Source of the DNA: a phage
Strand: one strand, 5' to 3'
Sequence record: PZ334583.1
Length of the DNA: 45,069 bases
The notes under the pieces are model-generated. The model searched no databases. It was given only the letters and a program-made list of their open reading frames with translations, and was not told the DNA's origin. Position 1 is the first letter of the stretch. Every line of letters begins with the position of its first letter. Shown one piece after another: positions 1 to 8,319 of the stretch. The position numbers and the translations under genes were made by a program.

Positions 1-1899
1 ATGGCAAAGGCTAGAGAATCACAGGCAGAGGCATTAAAGCGGTGGGAAAACCTTAAAGAACTACAAGACACTTTTAAATATACAGCGGAAGGTTTGCTTC
101 TCTTTGCAGATACAGTTATCCATAACTTAATTGCAGGCAACCCTCATCTGATTCGTATGCAGGCTGATATCTTGAAGTTCCTATTTTACGGACACAAGTA
201 CCGCCTCATCGAAGCGCCTCGTGGTATCGCTAAGACAACACTATCAGCAATCTATACGGTATTCCGTATTATTCATGAACCGCATAAGCGTATTATGGTT
301 GTGTCCCAAAACGCCAAGCGAGCAGAGGAAATCGCAGGTTGGGTAGTTAAAATCTTCCGTGGCTTAGACTTTCTTGAGTTTATGCTGCCGGATATCTACG
401 CTGGGGACCGTGCATCCGTTAAGGCGTTTGAGATTCATTACACCCTACGTGGTAGTGATAAGTCTCCTTCTGTATCCTGTTACTCAATCGAAGCAGGTAT
501 GCAGGGTGCTCGTGCTGATATTATTCTAGCGGATGACGTAGAGTCGATGCAGAATGCTCGTACGGCAGCGGGCCGTGCCTTGCTTGAGGAGCTGACTAAG
601 GAGTTTGAATCTATCAACCAGTTTGGGGATATCATTTACCTTGGTACACCTCAGAACGTAAACTCTATCTACAACAACCTACCTGCTCGTGGTTACTCTG
701 TTCGTATCTGGACTGCGCGTTACCCTTCAGTAGAGCAAGAGCAATGTTATGGCGACTTCCTTGCACCTATGATTGTTCAAGATATGAAGGACAACCCAGC
801 ACTTCGCTCAGGGTACGGGTTGGATGGTAATAGTGGTGCACCTTGTGCCCCTGAAATGTATGATGATGAAGTCCTGATTGAGAAGGAAATCTCTCAGGGT
901 GCTGCTAAGTTCCAGCTTCAGTTCATGCTTAACACTCGCATGATGGATGCTGACAGATACCCATTACGCCTGAACAATCTAATCTTCACCTCGTTTGGTA
1001 CAGAGGAAGTCCCTGTGATGCCTACGTGGAGTAATGATTCCATAAACATCATTGGTGATGCACCTAAGTATGGTAACAAGCCTACGGATTTCATGTACAG
1101 ACCTGTAGCTCGCCCATATGAATGGGGTGCTGTCTCCCGCAAGATTATGTATATCGACCCTGCGGGTGGTGGTAAGAACGGAGATGAGACGGGTGTAGCC
1201 ATCGTATTCCTGCACGGCACATTCATTTATGTGTATCAGTGCTTTGGTGTACCTGGCGGATACCGAGAGTCGTCCCTGAATCGCATTGTGCAGGCCGCAA
1301 AGCAGGCGGGTGTTAAAGAGGTATTCATTGAGAAGAACTTTGGTCATGGCGCGTTTGAGGCGGTAATTAAGCCGTACTTTGAACGAGAGTGGCCTGTAAC
1401 TCTGGAAGAGGATTACGCCACCGGACAGAAAGAGTTGCGTATCATTGAGACGCTGGAGCCGCTCATGGCAGCACATAGGCTTATCTTCAATGCAGAGATG
1501 GTGAAGTCAGACTTTGAGTCGGTACAGCACTATCCGCTTGAACTACGCATGTCCTACAGTCTTTTCAATCAAATGTCGAACATAACGATTGAGAAGAACA
1601 GCCTCCGGCACGATGACCGCCTAGACGCCCTGTATGGCGCTATACGGCAATTAACTTCTCAGATAGACTATGACGAGGTTACACGGATTAATCGCCTCAG
1701 AGCGCAGGAGATGCGAGATTACATCCATGCTATGAACACACCTCATCTACGCAGGGCAATGCTATATGGGGATTACGGTACTGAGCGAAGAGTGACCAAC
1801 ACTTCCGTAGCGATGCAGCAGCGAGTTTACGGGCAGAACTACCGAAATAAATCGGCAAGCAGAAATACACTTTCTGCAAGGATTTCAAGGACTTATTAA
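1..1899 (+). CDS. terL: Terminase large subunit (T7 gp19-like); its ATG and first 14 nt are also present at 45056..45069
   Basis: 632-aa ORF; N-terminal sequence recognised as T7-group large terminase; position upstream of the tailspike genes as in SP6/K1-5-type genomes; RBS AAGGAG at 45042..45047. Confidence 0.93.
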   Translation: MAKARESQAEALKRWENLKELQDTFKYTAEGLLLFADTVIHNLIAGNPHLIRMQADILKFLFYGHKYRLIEAPRGIAKTTLSAIYTVFRIIHEPHKRIMVVSQNAKRAEEIAGWVVKIFRGLDFLEFMLPDIYAGDRASVKAFEIHYTLRGSDKSPSVSCYSIEAGMQGARADIILADDVESMQNARTAAGRALLEELTKEFESINQFGDIIYLGTPQNVNSIYNNLPARGYSVRIWTARYPSVEQEQCYGDFLAPMIVQDMKDNPALRSGYGLDGNSGAPCAPEMYDDEVLIEKEISQGAAKFQLQFMLNTRMMDADRYPLRLNNLIFTSFGTEEVPVMPTWSNDSINIIGDAPKYGNKPTDFMYRPVARPYEWGAVSRKIMYIDPAGGGKNGDETGVAIVFLHGTFIYVYQCFGVPGGYRESSLNRIVQAAKQAGVKEVFIEKNFGHGAFEAVIKPYFEREWPVTLEEDYATGQKELRIIETLEPLMAAHRLIFNAEMVKSDFESVQHYPLELRMSYSLFNQMSNITIEKNSLRHDDRLDALYGAIRQLTSQIDYDEVTRINRLRAQEMRDYIHAMNTPHLRRAMLYGDYGTERRVTNTSVAMQQRVYGQNYRNKSASRNTLSARISRTY

Positions 1900-1920
1900 T
1901 TACTGGACACTATAGAAGGA
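1898..1920 (+). promoter_or_regulatory. Phage RNAP promoter (SP6-like), putative +1 G at 1915
   Basis: aattactggacactatagaagga; matches the 13-copy consensus ATTTACYGGACACTATAGAAG; overlaps the terL stop. Confidence 0.8.
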
Positions 1921-2055
1921 AGGCCCAGATAATAAGATAAATAATAGGTAATATATAGGTTAACCTAGGTTATATAGGTATGCCTTAATATGGGTGTACT
2001 CCTGTACACCCTCTTCTTTACTACCTTACTATATTTACATAATAGGAGAGAGACA

Positions 2056-2337
2056 ATGGCTAATGATTATAGTAGTCAACCATTAACAGGTAAGTCTAAG
2101 AGAAAGCAGGTACAACCTGTAAGTGAAGAACTAATGCTTCCGGTAATCAAAAAAGAGGAAGCTAGTAAGAAAAGCAATGTCATTAATGATGCCACCAAAT
2201 CAGGTAAACAGAAAGGGGCCATGGTGTGCCTTGAAGTGGAAGGTGGTGTATTGGAGATTGCTATCGCGGTTGATGGCAAAGAAGATTCAGAGTGGAAGTT
2301 AGTAACAGTGGAACCAGCTGTTATTAAACCAGTTTAA
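2056..2337 (+). CDS. Hypothetical late protein, paralog A of a tandem pair
   Basis: ATG 2056 with RBS AGGAG 2044..2048; shares the motif SGKQKGAMVxLE...IAxA...W with the next ORF. Confidence 0.6.
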   Translation: MANDYSSQPLTGKSKRKQVQPVSEELMLPVIKKEEASKKSNVINDATKSGKQKGAMVCLEVEGGVLEIAIAVDGKEDSEWKLVTVEPAVIKPV

Positions 2338-2355
2338 GATAAGGAGGAAGATTAC

Positions 2356-2649
2356 ATGGCTAAATATGGTACTACAGGTTCTGTTACTGGTCAGGCTTTT
2401 CGAGTAAAAGCAGTACAAACTATTGCAACGGCAATTCCTATGCCTGTTGTTAAGGAAGTAGACCTTAAGAAGAAAGACCACCCTATCAACATCAAACACT
2501 TATCAGGTAAACAGAAAGGTGCAATGGTTGCTCTTGAGAAAACTGACACAACCATGCATATTGCTGTTGCACGTGGCAGTGAACCCACAGACCCATGGGA
2601 TGTAACTGGTATGGAAGGTGACGCTGTTACTCCGGCAGGTGGAGAATAA
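2356..2649 (+). CDS. Hypothetical late protein, paralog B of a tandem pair
   Basis: ATG 2356 preceded by AAGGAGGAAG; contains LSGKQKGAMVALE, paralogous to 2056..2337. Confidence 0.65.
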   Translation: MAKYGTTGSVTGQAFRVKAVQTIATAIPMPVVKEVDLKKKDHPINIKHLSGKQKGAMVALEKTDTTMHIAVARGSEPTDPWDVTGMEGDAVTPAGGE

Positions 2650-2993
2650 TGCTTAACAAATACTTCAAGCGTAAAGAGTTCGCTTGCCGTTGTGGGTGCG
2701 GTACATCCACTGTTGATGCTGAATTACTACAGGTAGTCACAGATGTGCGTGAGCACTTTGGTTCTCCTGTAGTTATCACTTCGGGGCACCGCTGTGCTAA
2801 GCACAATGCTAATGTAGGAGGAGCTAAGAACTCCATGCATCTTACTGGTAAGGCTGCTGACATTAAAGTTACTGGTATTGGGCCAATGGAGGTTCGTGCA
2901 TACCTGTGCAATAAATACCCCGATAAATATGGTATTGGTGCTTATCCTACTTTCACTCATATTGATGTGAGGGATAATAAAGCACGATGGTAA
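2649..2993 (+). CDS. Endolysin, peptidase M15 family (putative L-alanyl-D-glutamate or D-Ala-D-Ala peptidase)
   Basis: 114 aa; motifs FKRKEFACRCGCG, SGHRC..HN, MHLTGKAADI typical of zinc M15 cell-wall peptidases; TAATG overlap with the upstream gene. Confidence 0.8.
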   Translation: MLNKYFKRKEFACRCGCGTSTVDAELLQVVTDVREHFGSPVVITSGHRCAKHNANVGGAKNSMHLTGKAADIKVTGIGPMEVRAYLCNKYPDKYGIGAYPTFTHIDVRDNKARW

Positions 2994-3101
2994 GATGCAT
3001 TGAATGGTGTGAGCGCATGGTTGCTAAGGCTTCAGAGGAAGGTAATTATGAAGATTGGCAGAACTACTCAACTTTATTAGCACAATGGAAAGGGAGGTGC
3101 A

Positions 3102-3251
3102 ATGAAAAAGCTGTTCAAATCTAAGAAGGTTGTAGGTGCACTAGTTGCATTGGCAATTGCTCTTGTTTCTGTAGGTCTTGGTGTAGACCTTGGCTCTGGC
3201 ACGGAATCCTCTGTGACAGATGTGGTCTGCCAAGTGATCACCTGTGAATAA
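3102..3251 (+). CDS. Small membrane protein (49 aa) in the lysis cluster
   Basis: ATG 3102 with RBS GGGAGG; N-terminal KK followed by hydrophobic helix VVGALVALAIALVSVGLG; not in the ORF track (<60 aa). Confidence 0.4.
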   Translation: MKKLFKSKKVVGALVALAIALVSVGLGVDLGSGTESSVTDVVCQVITCE

Positions 3252-3465
3252 GTTTCTAGAAGTTCTGGCAGGTCTTATTGGCCTGCTTGTCTCTGCTAAG
3301 AAGAAACAAGAAGAGAAGGAGGCACAAAGTGAAGCGAATCATGTTAGTGACAACCCTTCTGATTGGTTCGCTGACCACTTCCGGGTGTCAGCAGGCGTTA
3401 CCAGAGAAAGCAATGGTGAAACCTCTGAGGCCGACGCTGACGGAAGTTTACGAGGTAGACGATAA
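3244..3465 (+). CDS. Putative i-spanin-like protein (N-terminal TM helix then charged region)
   Basis: GTG start; FLEVLAGLIGLLVSA then KKKQEEKEAQ; overlaps the lipoprotein ORF in another frame (Rz/Rz1-like arrangement); short for an Rz, weak RBS. Confidence 0.3.
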   Translation: MNKFLEVLAGLIGLLVSAKKKQEEKEAQSEANHVSDNPSDWFADHFRVSAGVTRESNGETSEADADGSLRGRR

Positions 3466-3538
3466 GGTCTGCTTTAGTAAGCCTGACGCTACAAAATTAG
3501 GTTTGTATATTCTTTCGCTGGAACGCGGATATAATTAA
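3329..3538 (+). CDS. Putative o-spanin (Rz1-like outer-membrane lipoprotein)
   Basis: RBS AAGGAGG 3314..3320 then GTG 3329 (or ATG 3341); lipobox LTTSGC; Pro-containing mature region with a second Cys; overlaps 3244..3465 in a different frame. Confidence 0.45.
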   Translation: MKRIMLVTTLLIGSLTTSGCQQALPEKAMVKPLRPTLTEVYEVDDKVCFSKPDATKLGLYILSLERGYN

Positions 3539-3567
3539 TACATAGCTTTATGTATCAGTGTCTTACG

Positions 3568-3590
3568 ATTTACTGGACACTATAGAAGAG
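3568..3590 (+). promoter_or_regulatory. Phage RNAP promoter, putative +1 G at 3585
   Basis: gatttactggacactatagaagag, perfect consensus, upstream of tailspike 1. Confidence 0.85.
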
Positions 3591-3669
3591 ATAAGATAGC
3601 GCCGTTCTTTTGAGCGGCCTATTACTAGCCAATCTTCATAGGGAGGGTTGGAAAGTAATAGGAGATAGT

Positions 3670-5568
3670 ATGGCTAAATTAACCAAACCTAATACTGAAG
3701 GAATCTTGCATAAAGGACAATCTTTGTATGAGTACCTTGATGCGAGAGTTTTAACATCAAAGCCGTTTGGTGCTGCAGGTGACGCCACTACTGATGATAC
3801 GGAGGTTATAGCTGCTTCATTAAACTCTCAGAAAGCTGTCACAGTCTCAGATGGTGTATTCTCTAGCTCTGGTATTAATAGTAATTACTGTAACTTAGAC
3901 GGTAGGGGTAGTGGCGTGCTAAGTCACCGTTCCAGTACAGGTAACTACTTAGTATTTAACAATCTACGTGCAGGTCGCTTAAGTAATATTACGGTAGAAA
4001 GTAATAAGGCGACTGATACAACTCAGGGACAGCAGGTATCTCTTGCTGGTGGAAGTGATGTTACTATAAGTGACGTTAACTTCTCAAACGTTAAAGGTAC
4101 TGGTTTCAGTTTAATAGCATGCCCTAATGGTGAGCAACCTAACGGGCTTATGATTAAAGGCATTCGAGGTAGCTACTCCGGCTATGCTACTAATAAGGCC
4201 GCTGGATGCGTACTTGCTGACTCCTCAGTTAACTCTCTCATAGATAACGTCATTGCTAAGAGCTATCCTCAGTTTGGAGCTGTAGAGCTGAAAGGTACAG
4301 CCAGTTATAACATAGTAAGTAATGTTATAGGGGCAGATTGCCAACATGTAACTTACAACGGCACTGAAGAGGTAATAGCTCCTTCTAATAACCTTATCAA
4401 GGGTGTGATGGCTAATAATCCTAAGTATGCAGCGGTTGTTGCAGGCAAAGGAAGTACGAACTTAATCTCAGACGTGCTCGTAGATTACTCAACTTCTGAT
4501 GCTAGGCAGGCTCATGGTGTTACCGTAGAAGGGTCTGATAACGTCATAAATAATGTTCTTATGTCAGGATGTGATGGTACTAACTCTTTAGGACAAAGGC
4601 AGACTGCTACAATTGCACGCTTTATAGGTACAGCTAATAACAACTATGCGTCTGTATTTCCTAGCTACAGTGCTACAGGTGTTATTACTTTCGAATCCGG
4701 CTCTACCCGTAACTTCGTAGAGGTAAAGCACCCTGGCAGGAGAAATGACCTTCTCAGTTCTGCTAGTACTATTGACGGTGAAGCTACTATTGACGGCACT
4801 AATAATAGTAACGTAGTGCACGCACCCGCCTTAGGGCAGTACATAGGTAGTATGTCAGGTAGGTTCGAATGGCGGATTAAGTCCATGTCACTACCTTCAG
4901 GCGTTCTTACTTCGGCTGATAAGTACAGAATGCTTGGGGATGGTGCTGTGTCATTCGCTGTAGGTGGGGGCACTTCTTCTCAAGTTCGCCTATTTACTTC
5001 TGATGGTACTTCTCGGACAGTGTCCCTCACCAACGGTAACGTGCGTCTTTCTACCAGTAGCACAGGATATTTGCAGTTAGGTTCTGATGCAATGACCCCA
5101 GATAGTACTGGTACATACGCATTAGGTTCCGCCAGTAGAGCATGGTCTGGCGGTTTTACTCAATCAGCATTCACTGTTGTCTCAGATGCTAGGGATAAAA
5201 CAGAGCCCCTTATTATCTCAGATGCTTTACTGGATGCTTGGTCTGAAGTTGACTTTGTGCAGTTTCAGTACTTGGACCGAATTGAGGAGAAGGGTGCAGA
5301 CTCAGCTAGATGGCACTTCGGTATCATCGCTCAGCGAGCTAAGGAGGCTTTCGAACGTCACGGTATAGATGCACACCGCTACGGCTTCTTGTGCTTCGAC
5401 AGTTGGGATGATGTATACGAGGAAGATGCCAATGGCTCTCGTAAACTGATTACACCAGCAGGTTCCCGCTACGGTATTCGTTACGAGGAAGTACTGATAT
5501 TAGAGGCTGCATTGATGCGACGGACTATTAAGCGTATGCAGGAAGCACTAGCTGCCATTCCTAAGTAA
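3670..5568 (+). CDS. Tailspike 1: beta-helix capsule depolymerase-like with C-terminal intramolecular chaperone (peptidase S74) domain
   Basis: ATG 3670 (MAKLTKPNTEG...) with RBS GGAG; Ser/Thr/Gly/Asn-rich repetitive body typical of a beta-helix; C-terminus VSDARDKTEP...WHFGIIAQ...GIRYEEV matches the auto-cleaving chaperone domain of endosialidase and K5-lyase tailspikes. Confidence 0.9.
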   Translation: MAKLTKPNTEGILHKGQSLYEYLDARVLTSKPFGAAGDATTDDTEVIAASLNSQKAVTVSDGVFSSSGINSNYCNLDGRGSGVLSHRSSTGNYLVFNNLRAGRLSNITVESNKATDTTQGQQVSLAGGSDVTISDVNFSNVKGTGFSLIACPNGEQPNGLMIKGIRGSYSGYATNKAAGCVLADSSVNSLIDNVIAKSYPQFGAVELKGTASYNIVSNVIGADCQHVTYNGTEEVIAPSNNLIKGVMANNPKYAAVVAGKGSTNLISDVLVDYSTSDARQAHGVTVEGSDNVINNVLMSGCDGTNSLGQRQTATIARFIGTANNNYASVFPSYSATGVITFESGSTRNFVEVKHPGRRNDLLSSASTIDGEATIDGTNNSNVVHAPALGQYIGSMSGRFEWRIKSMSLPSGVLTSADKYRMLGDGAVSFAVGGGTSSQVRLFTSDGTSRTVSLTNGNVRLSTSSTGYLQLGSDAMTPDSTGTYALGSASRAWSGGFTQSAFTVVSDARDKTEPLIISDALLDAWSEVDFVQFQYLDRIEEKGADSARWHFGIIAQRAKEAFERHGIDAHRYGFLCFDSWDDVYEEDANGSRKLITPAGSRYGIRYEEVLILEAALMRRTIKRMQEALAAIPK

Positions 5569-5575
5569 GCAACAG

Positions 5576-5597
5576 GCAGTGCGTAAGCACTGCTTTT
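5576..5597 (+). terminator. Intrinsic terminator-like hairpin between the two tailspike genes
   Basis: gcagtgc-gtaa-gcactgc perfect 7-bp stem followed by tttt. Confidence 0.6.
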
Positions 5598-5653
5598 CAC
5601 GCAACTTTTCTTAAAGGTTATCACGGTGGTAGCCTTTCAGAAAAGGAGGTTAC

Positions 5654-7837
5654 ATGCTACAAAGATTAGGGGCAATGTTTGTTCGGTATAAAAATAAAGT
5701 AGGTAATGCTATCGAGCGTACACTACAAAGTAAATTACAGGATGTAGTCAGTGTAAAGGACTATGGCGCCATTGGTGATGGGGTATATCGTTCACTTGGT
5801 GATAAATTTACCACGTTAAGTATCGCACAAGTAGTATACCCACATGCTGAAAGTTTAACTCAATCGCAAGATTGGGCGGCTATTCAGGCTGCACTTAATT
5901 CTCACTCAAAAGTGTACATTCCAGCAGGTAGATACATGCTATCTGATACCATTGAGATGAGCGGAGGTCAAACTCTGCAAGGTGACGGTATTGACTCTTG
6001 GGTTGCAGGTTATGCTGGGTTTGTACAAGATAGGCAAGGCACTCACCTTATAATGGTGGGAGATGGCAATAAGAAGTATACATTAGATCATGTATCTAAC
6101 TTCGATGTAGAAGGTGGTGTCATAGACAACCCAGCTAAGAGTGATTCTTATACTGCCACTGCACCTTCCCCTAATTACTCATTTACTAACTTCACTAATG
6201 CTAACGCCTCTGGTGCACAACGTGCTACATTGAAACCTTTCAGCGTAGCATTACGTTGCACAGGTCACGGTGGTGTTTACCTTCGTGACTTCCGTATTGT
6301 GCCTAATCACAGAGGGCAAGAAGGTTATAAGGATGAGTTGTCAACTGCATTAGGGGACGCATGGGATGTAGGTATTTGGCTGGAGAATACATCTGACTCA
6401 GTGTTATCTTCTGTGCAAGCAGTAGGTTACTGGCGCATTGCAGGTGTTATGAAGACTTGTATACCACAAGATGGTTCCTTTGTTGGTGGAGAGCGTGATA
6501 GGATATACAATTGCACATTACAAGGTTATCGTGGCTTCTTAGCACGTTCGCATGATACTTACCAAGTAGAAGAAGTATCAGGTAACACTGTATCGATTAA
6601 GTGGTCTGCATCTCACACTTTCGAACCTTCTGGTAAAGTTCGTATCCAAGGGAAAGACCGTAGTTATACTAGCCTGTCTGTATCTGGTGACAAATTAGTT
6701 TTCACTGGTATTGACGATGTATCAGATATTAATACCAAGAGCTATGTGAGAGTTTCAGGGTCTTCATTCGGAATGTCTGCTACTCAACTAAATAACACAT
6801 ACATCGCTGCATTAAACCATCATGCTCGCTTGCCAGCGACCTCTAATCTTTTAGATAATAGGTTTTCTACTTCGGCAGCTTGCTATGAAGTTGCAGGTGA
6901 ACCAATTCGTGCCATAAAATTATCTAACTGTACTGTCATTACTTGGGATGACATCTTAGGTATGACTGGTGGTATTAGGGACTTCCAGACGACAGATACT
7001 TACTTCGAGTCTCAGCCTTTCCGTACTTCTGTGCAAGGCTTGGCAAGCACCACACAACCTGCTGGTTCTCGCATGATTGCACTTCGTGGACGTCAAGGTT
7101 CTAAAACTACAGGCTATCAAGCTATCGGTTGTACTTATGGGCCGGGTGTAGACCTAAGCCCTCGTTATGAAAGCGATGTATCTCGTTACACAACTTCCGG
7201 TGGTATGTTCAATCCAAGAGAAGATTTGAACACAACTAAGCAGTTACCAATGAGGCAAGACGCTACTGAGCTATCTTCTACTTCTGGCTTATTCCTTACA
7301 CATGCTGTAGGTGGGAAGGCCTATGTTGGCGCTACCTCTGGTGATGCAACGCTTCAATCTAGAACTGGATCATTGAATATCCAATCAGGACTTCGTGTAC
7401 GCATTGGTGGCACTGATGGTAGTGGTTGGTATATTGCTGACAGTGCTAAGTTGACACCTACTGCTGACAATGCAAGGGCTTGTGGACAACCTAATGGACG
7501 ATGGACTGTTGTCTATGCTGTTAATGGTACAATCCAGACTTCTGATGGTAGATTCAAGGAAATCCTTGAGATTGAACAGGCAGAACTTGATGCTGGTCTT
7601 GAATTATCAGCAAACCTAATTAAGTATCGGTGGAATGGGGAAGATAAAATTCACTTTGGTTGCATAGCACAAGAAGTGATGTTAATCCTGGAGAAACATG
7701 GCCTAAACCCATTACAATATGATATGGTTCAGTATGATGAGGAGGCAGACATCTTTGGGGTAAACTATGCTGAACTCAACAGCTTCTGTATTGCAGCATT
7801 ATCGAGGAAGTTAAATGCCATTAATCAGATCAGTTAA
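5654..7837 (+). CDS. Tailspike 2: pectate-lyase-like beta-helix with C-terminal intramolecular chaperone (peptidase S74) domain
   Basis: 727 aa; RBS AAAGGAGG; VKDYGAIGDG motif (pectate_lyase_3-type beta-helix N-cap); C-terminus TSDGRFKE...IHFGCIAQ...GVNYAEL is the S74 chaperone. Confidence 0.9.
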   Translation: MLQRLGAMFVRYKNKVGNAIERTLQSKLQDVVSVKDYGAIGDGVYRSLGDKFTTLSIAQVVYPHAESLTQSQDWAAIQAALNSHSKVYIPAGRYMLSDTIEMSGGQTLQGDGIDSWVAGYAGFVQDRQGTHLIMVGDGNKKYTLDHVSNFDVEGGVIDNPAKSDSYTATAPSPNYSFTNFTNANASGAQRATLKPFSVALRCTGHGGVYLRDFRIVPNHRGQEGYKDELSTALGDAWDVGIWLENTSDSVLSSVQAVGYWRIAGVMKTCIPQDGSFVGGERDRIYNCTLQGYRGFLARSHDTYQVEEVSGNTVSIKWSASHTFEPSGKVRIQGKDRSYTSLSVSGDKLVFTGIDDVSDINTKSYVRVSGSSFGMSATQLNNTYIAALNHHARLPATSNLLDNRFSTSAACYEVAGEPIRAIKLSNCTVITWDDILGMTGGIRDFQTTDTYFESQPFRTSVQGLASTTQPAGSRMIALRGRQGSKTTGYQAIGCTYGPGVDLSPRYESDVSRYTTSGGMFNPREDLNTTKQLPMRQDATELSSTSGLFLTHAVGGKAYVGATSGDATLQSRTGSLNIQSGLRVRIGGTDGSGWYIADSAKLTPTADNARACGQPNGRWTVVYAVNGTIQTSDGRFKEILEIEQAELDAGLELSANLIKYRWNGEDKIHFGCIAQEVMLILEKHGLNPLQYDMVQYDEEADIFGVNYAELNSFCIAALSRKLNAINQIS

Positions 7838-7964
7838 GCAAAGTGCTGTACGCCAGAACACAGAAGAACCTATTCAATCAGGACGTAACCCTAAGCAGGC
7901 TTATGCCATTGCCAAGGATGTACAACGTCGTGCCATGAAGAAACCTTCTGCATCTTCTGCGTAA
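7815..7964 (+). CDS. Small basic ORF (49 aa) overlapping the tailspike 2 stop
   Basis: ATG 7815 with RBS GAGGAAG 7803..7809; MPLIRSVKQSAVRQNTEEPIQSGRNPKQAYAIAKDVQRRAMKKPSASSA; last ORF before the terminal non-coding region. Confidence 0.35.
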   Translation: MPLIRSVKQSAVRQNTEEPIQSGRNPKQAYAIAKDVQRRAMKKPSASSA

Positions 7965-7976
7965 GCAGGTTAATAT

Positions 7977-8020
7977 CTTAGTGTACACAAGGGCAGACCT
8001 AGGTTTGCTCTTAGTGTATT
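7977..8020. repeat. Right-flank array of CTTAGTG heptamer repeats (SRR-like)
   Basis: cttagtgtacacaagg...ctcttagtgtatttac; same heptamer family as the 8320..8920 array. Confidence 0.5.
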
Positions 8021-8034
8021 TACAATGGAGGTCT

Positions 8035-8050
8035 TATATATATATATATA
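8035..8050. repeat. (TA)8 dinucleotide repeat
   Basis: tatatatatatatata read directly. Confidence 0.9.
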
Positions 8051-8147
8051 CCTATGGAAGCAATAGTAAGTTGCCTATGCTTGTTGATAGGTTTCGTTAT
8101 AGGCTTAATAGTAAATCCTTAGTCCTGTACAAGGGTTAACCAAAGTC

Positions 8148-8162
8148 AAAAAAAAAAAAAAA
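8148..8162. repeat. A15 homopolymer
   Basis: 15 consecutive A read directly, followed by a GC-rich block ctcgccctcgccctcgcc. Confidence 0.9.
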
Positions 8163-8319
8163 TTTGATGTAGGCGTGTGTCAGCTCTCTCGCCCTCGCCC
8201 TCGCCGGGTTGCCCCCATAGGGTGGCCTGAGGGAATCCGTCTTCGACGGGCAGGGCTGATGTGCTCCTTGGATAGTACAAGGGAGGCGGAGGGAACGCCT
8301 AGGGAGGCCTAGGAATGGC

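Noticed and set aside
3610-3669. N-terminal extension of tailspike 1 in the ORF track (start at 3610)
   Set aside because: The track opens at an alternative start inside the promoter leader; ATG 3670 has a proper RBS and gives the conserved MAKLTKP start. The same logic was applied to the track extensions at 1990, 10597, 17195, 18603, 33676, 36069, 44280 and 44479.
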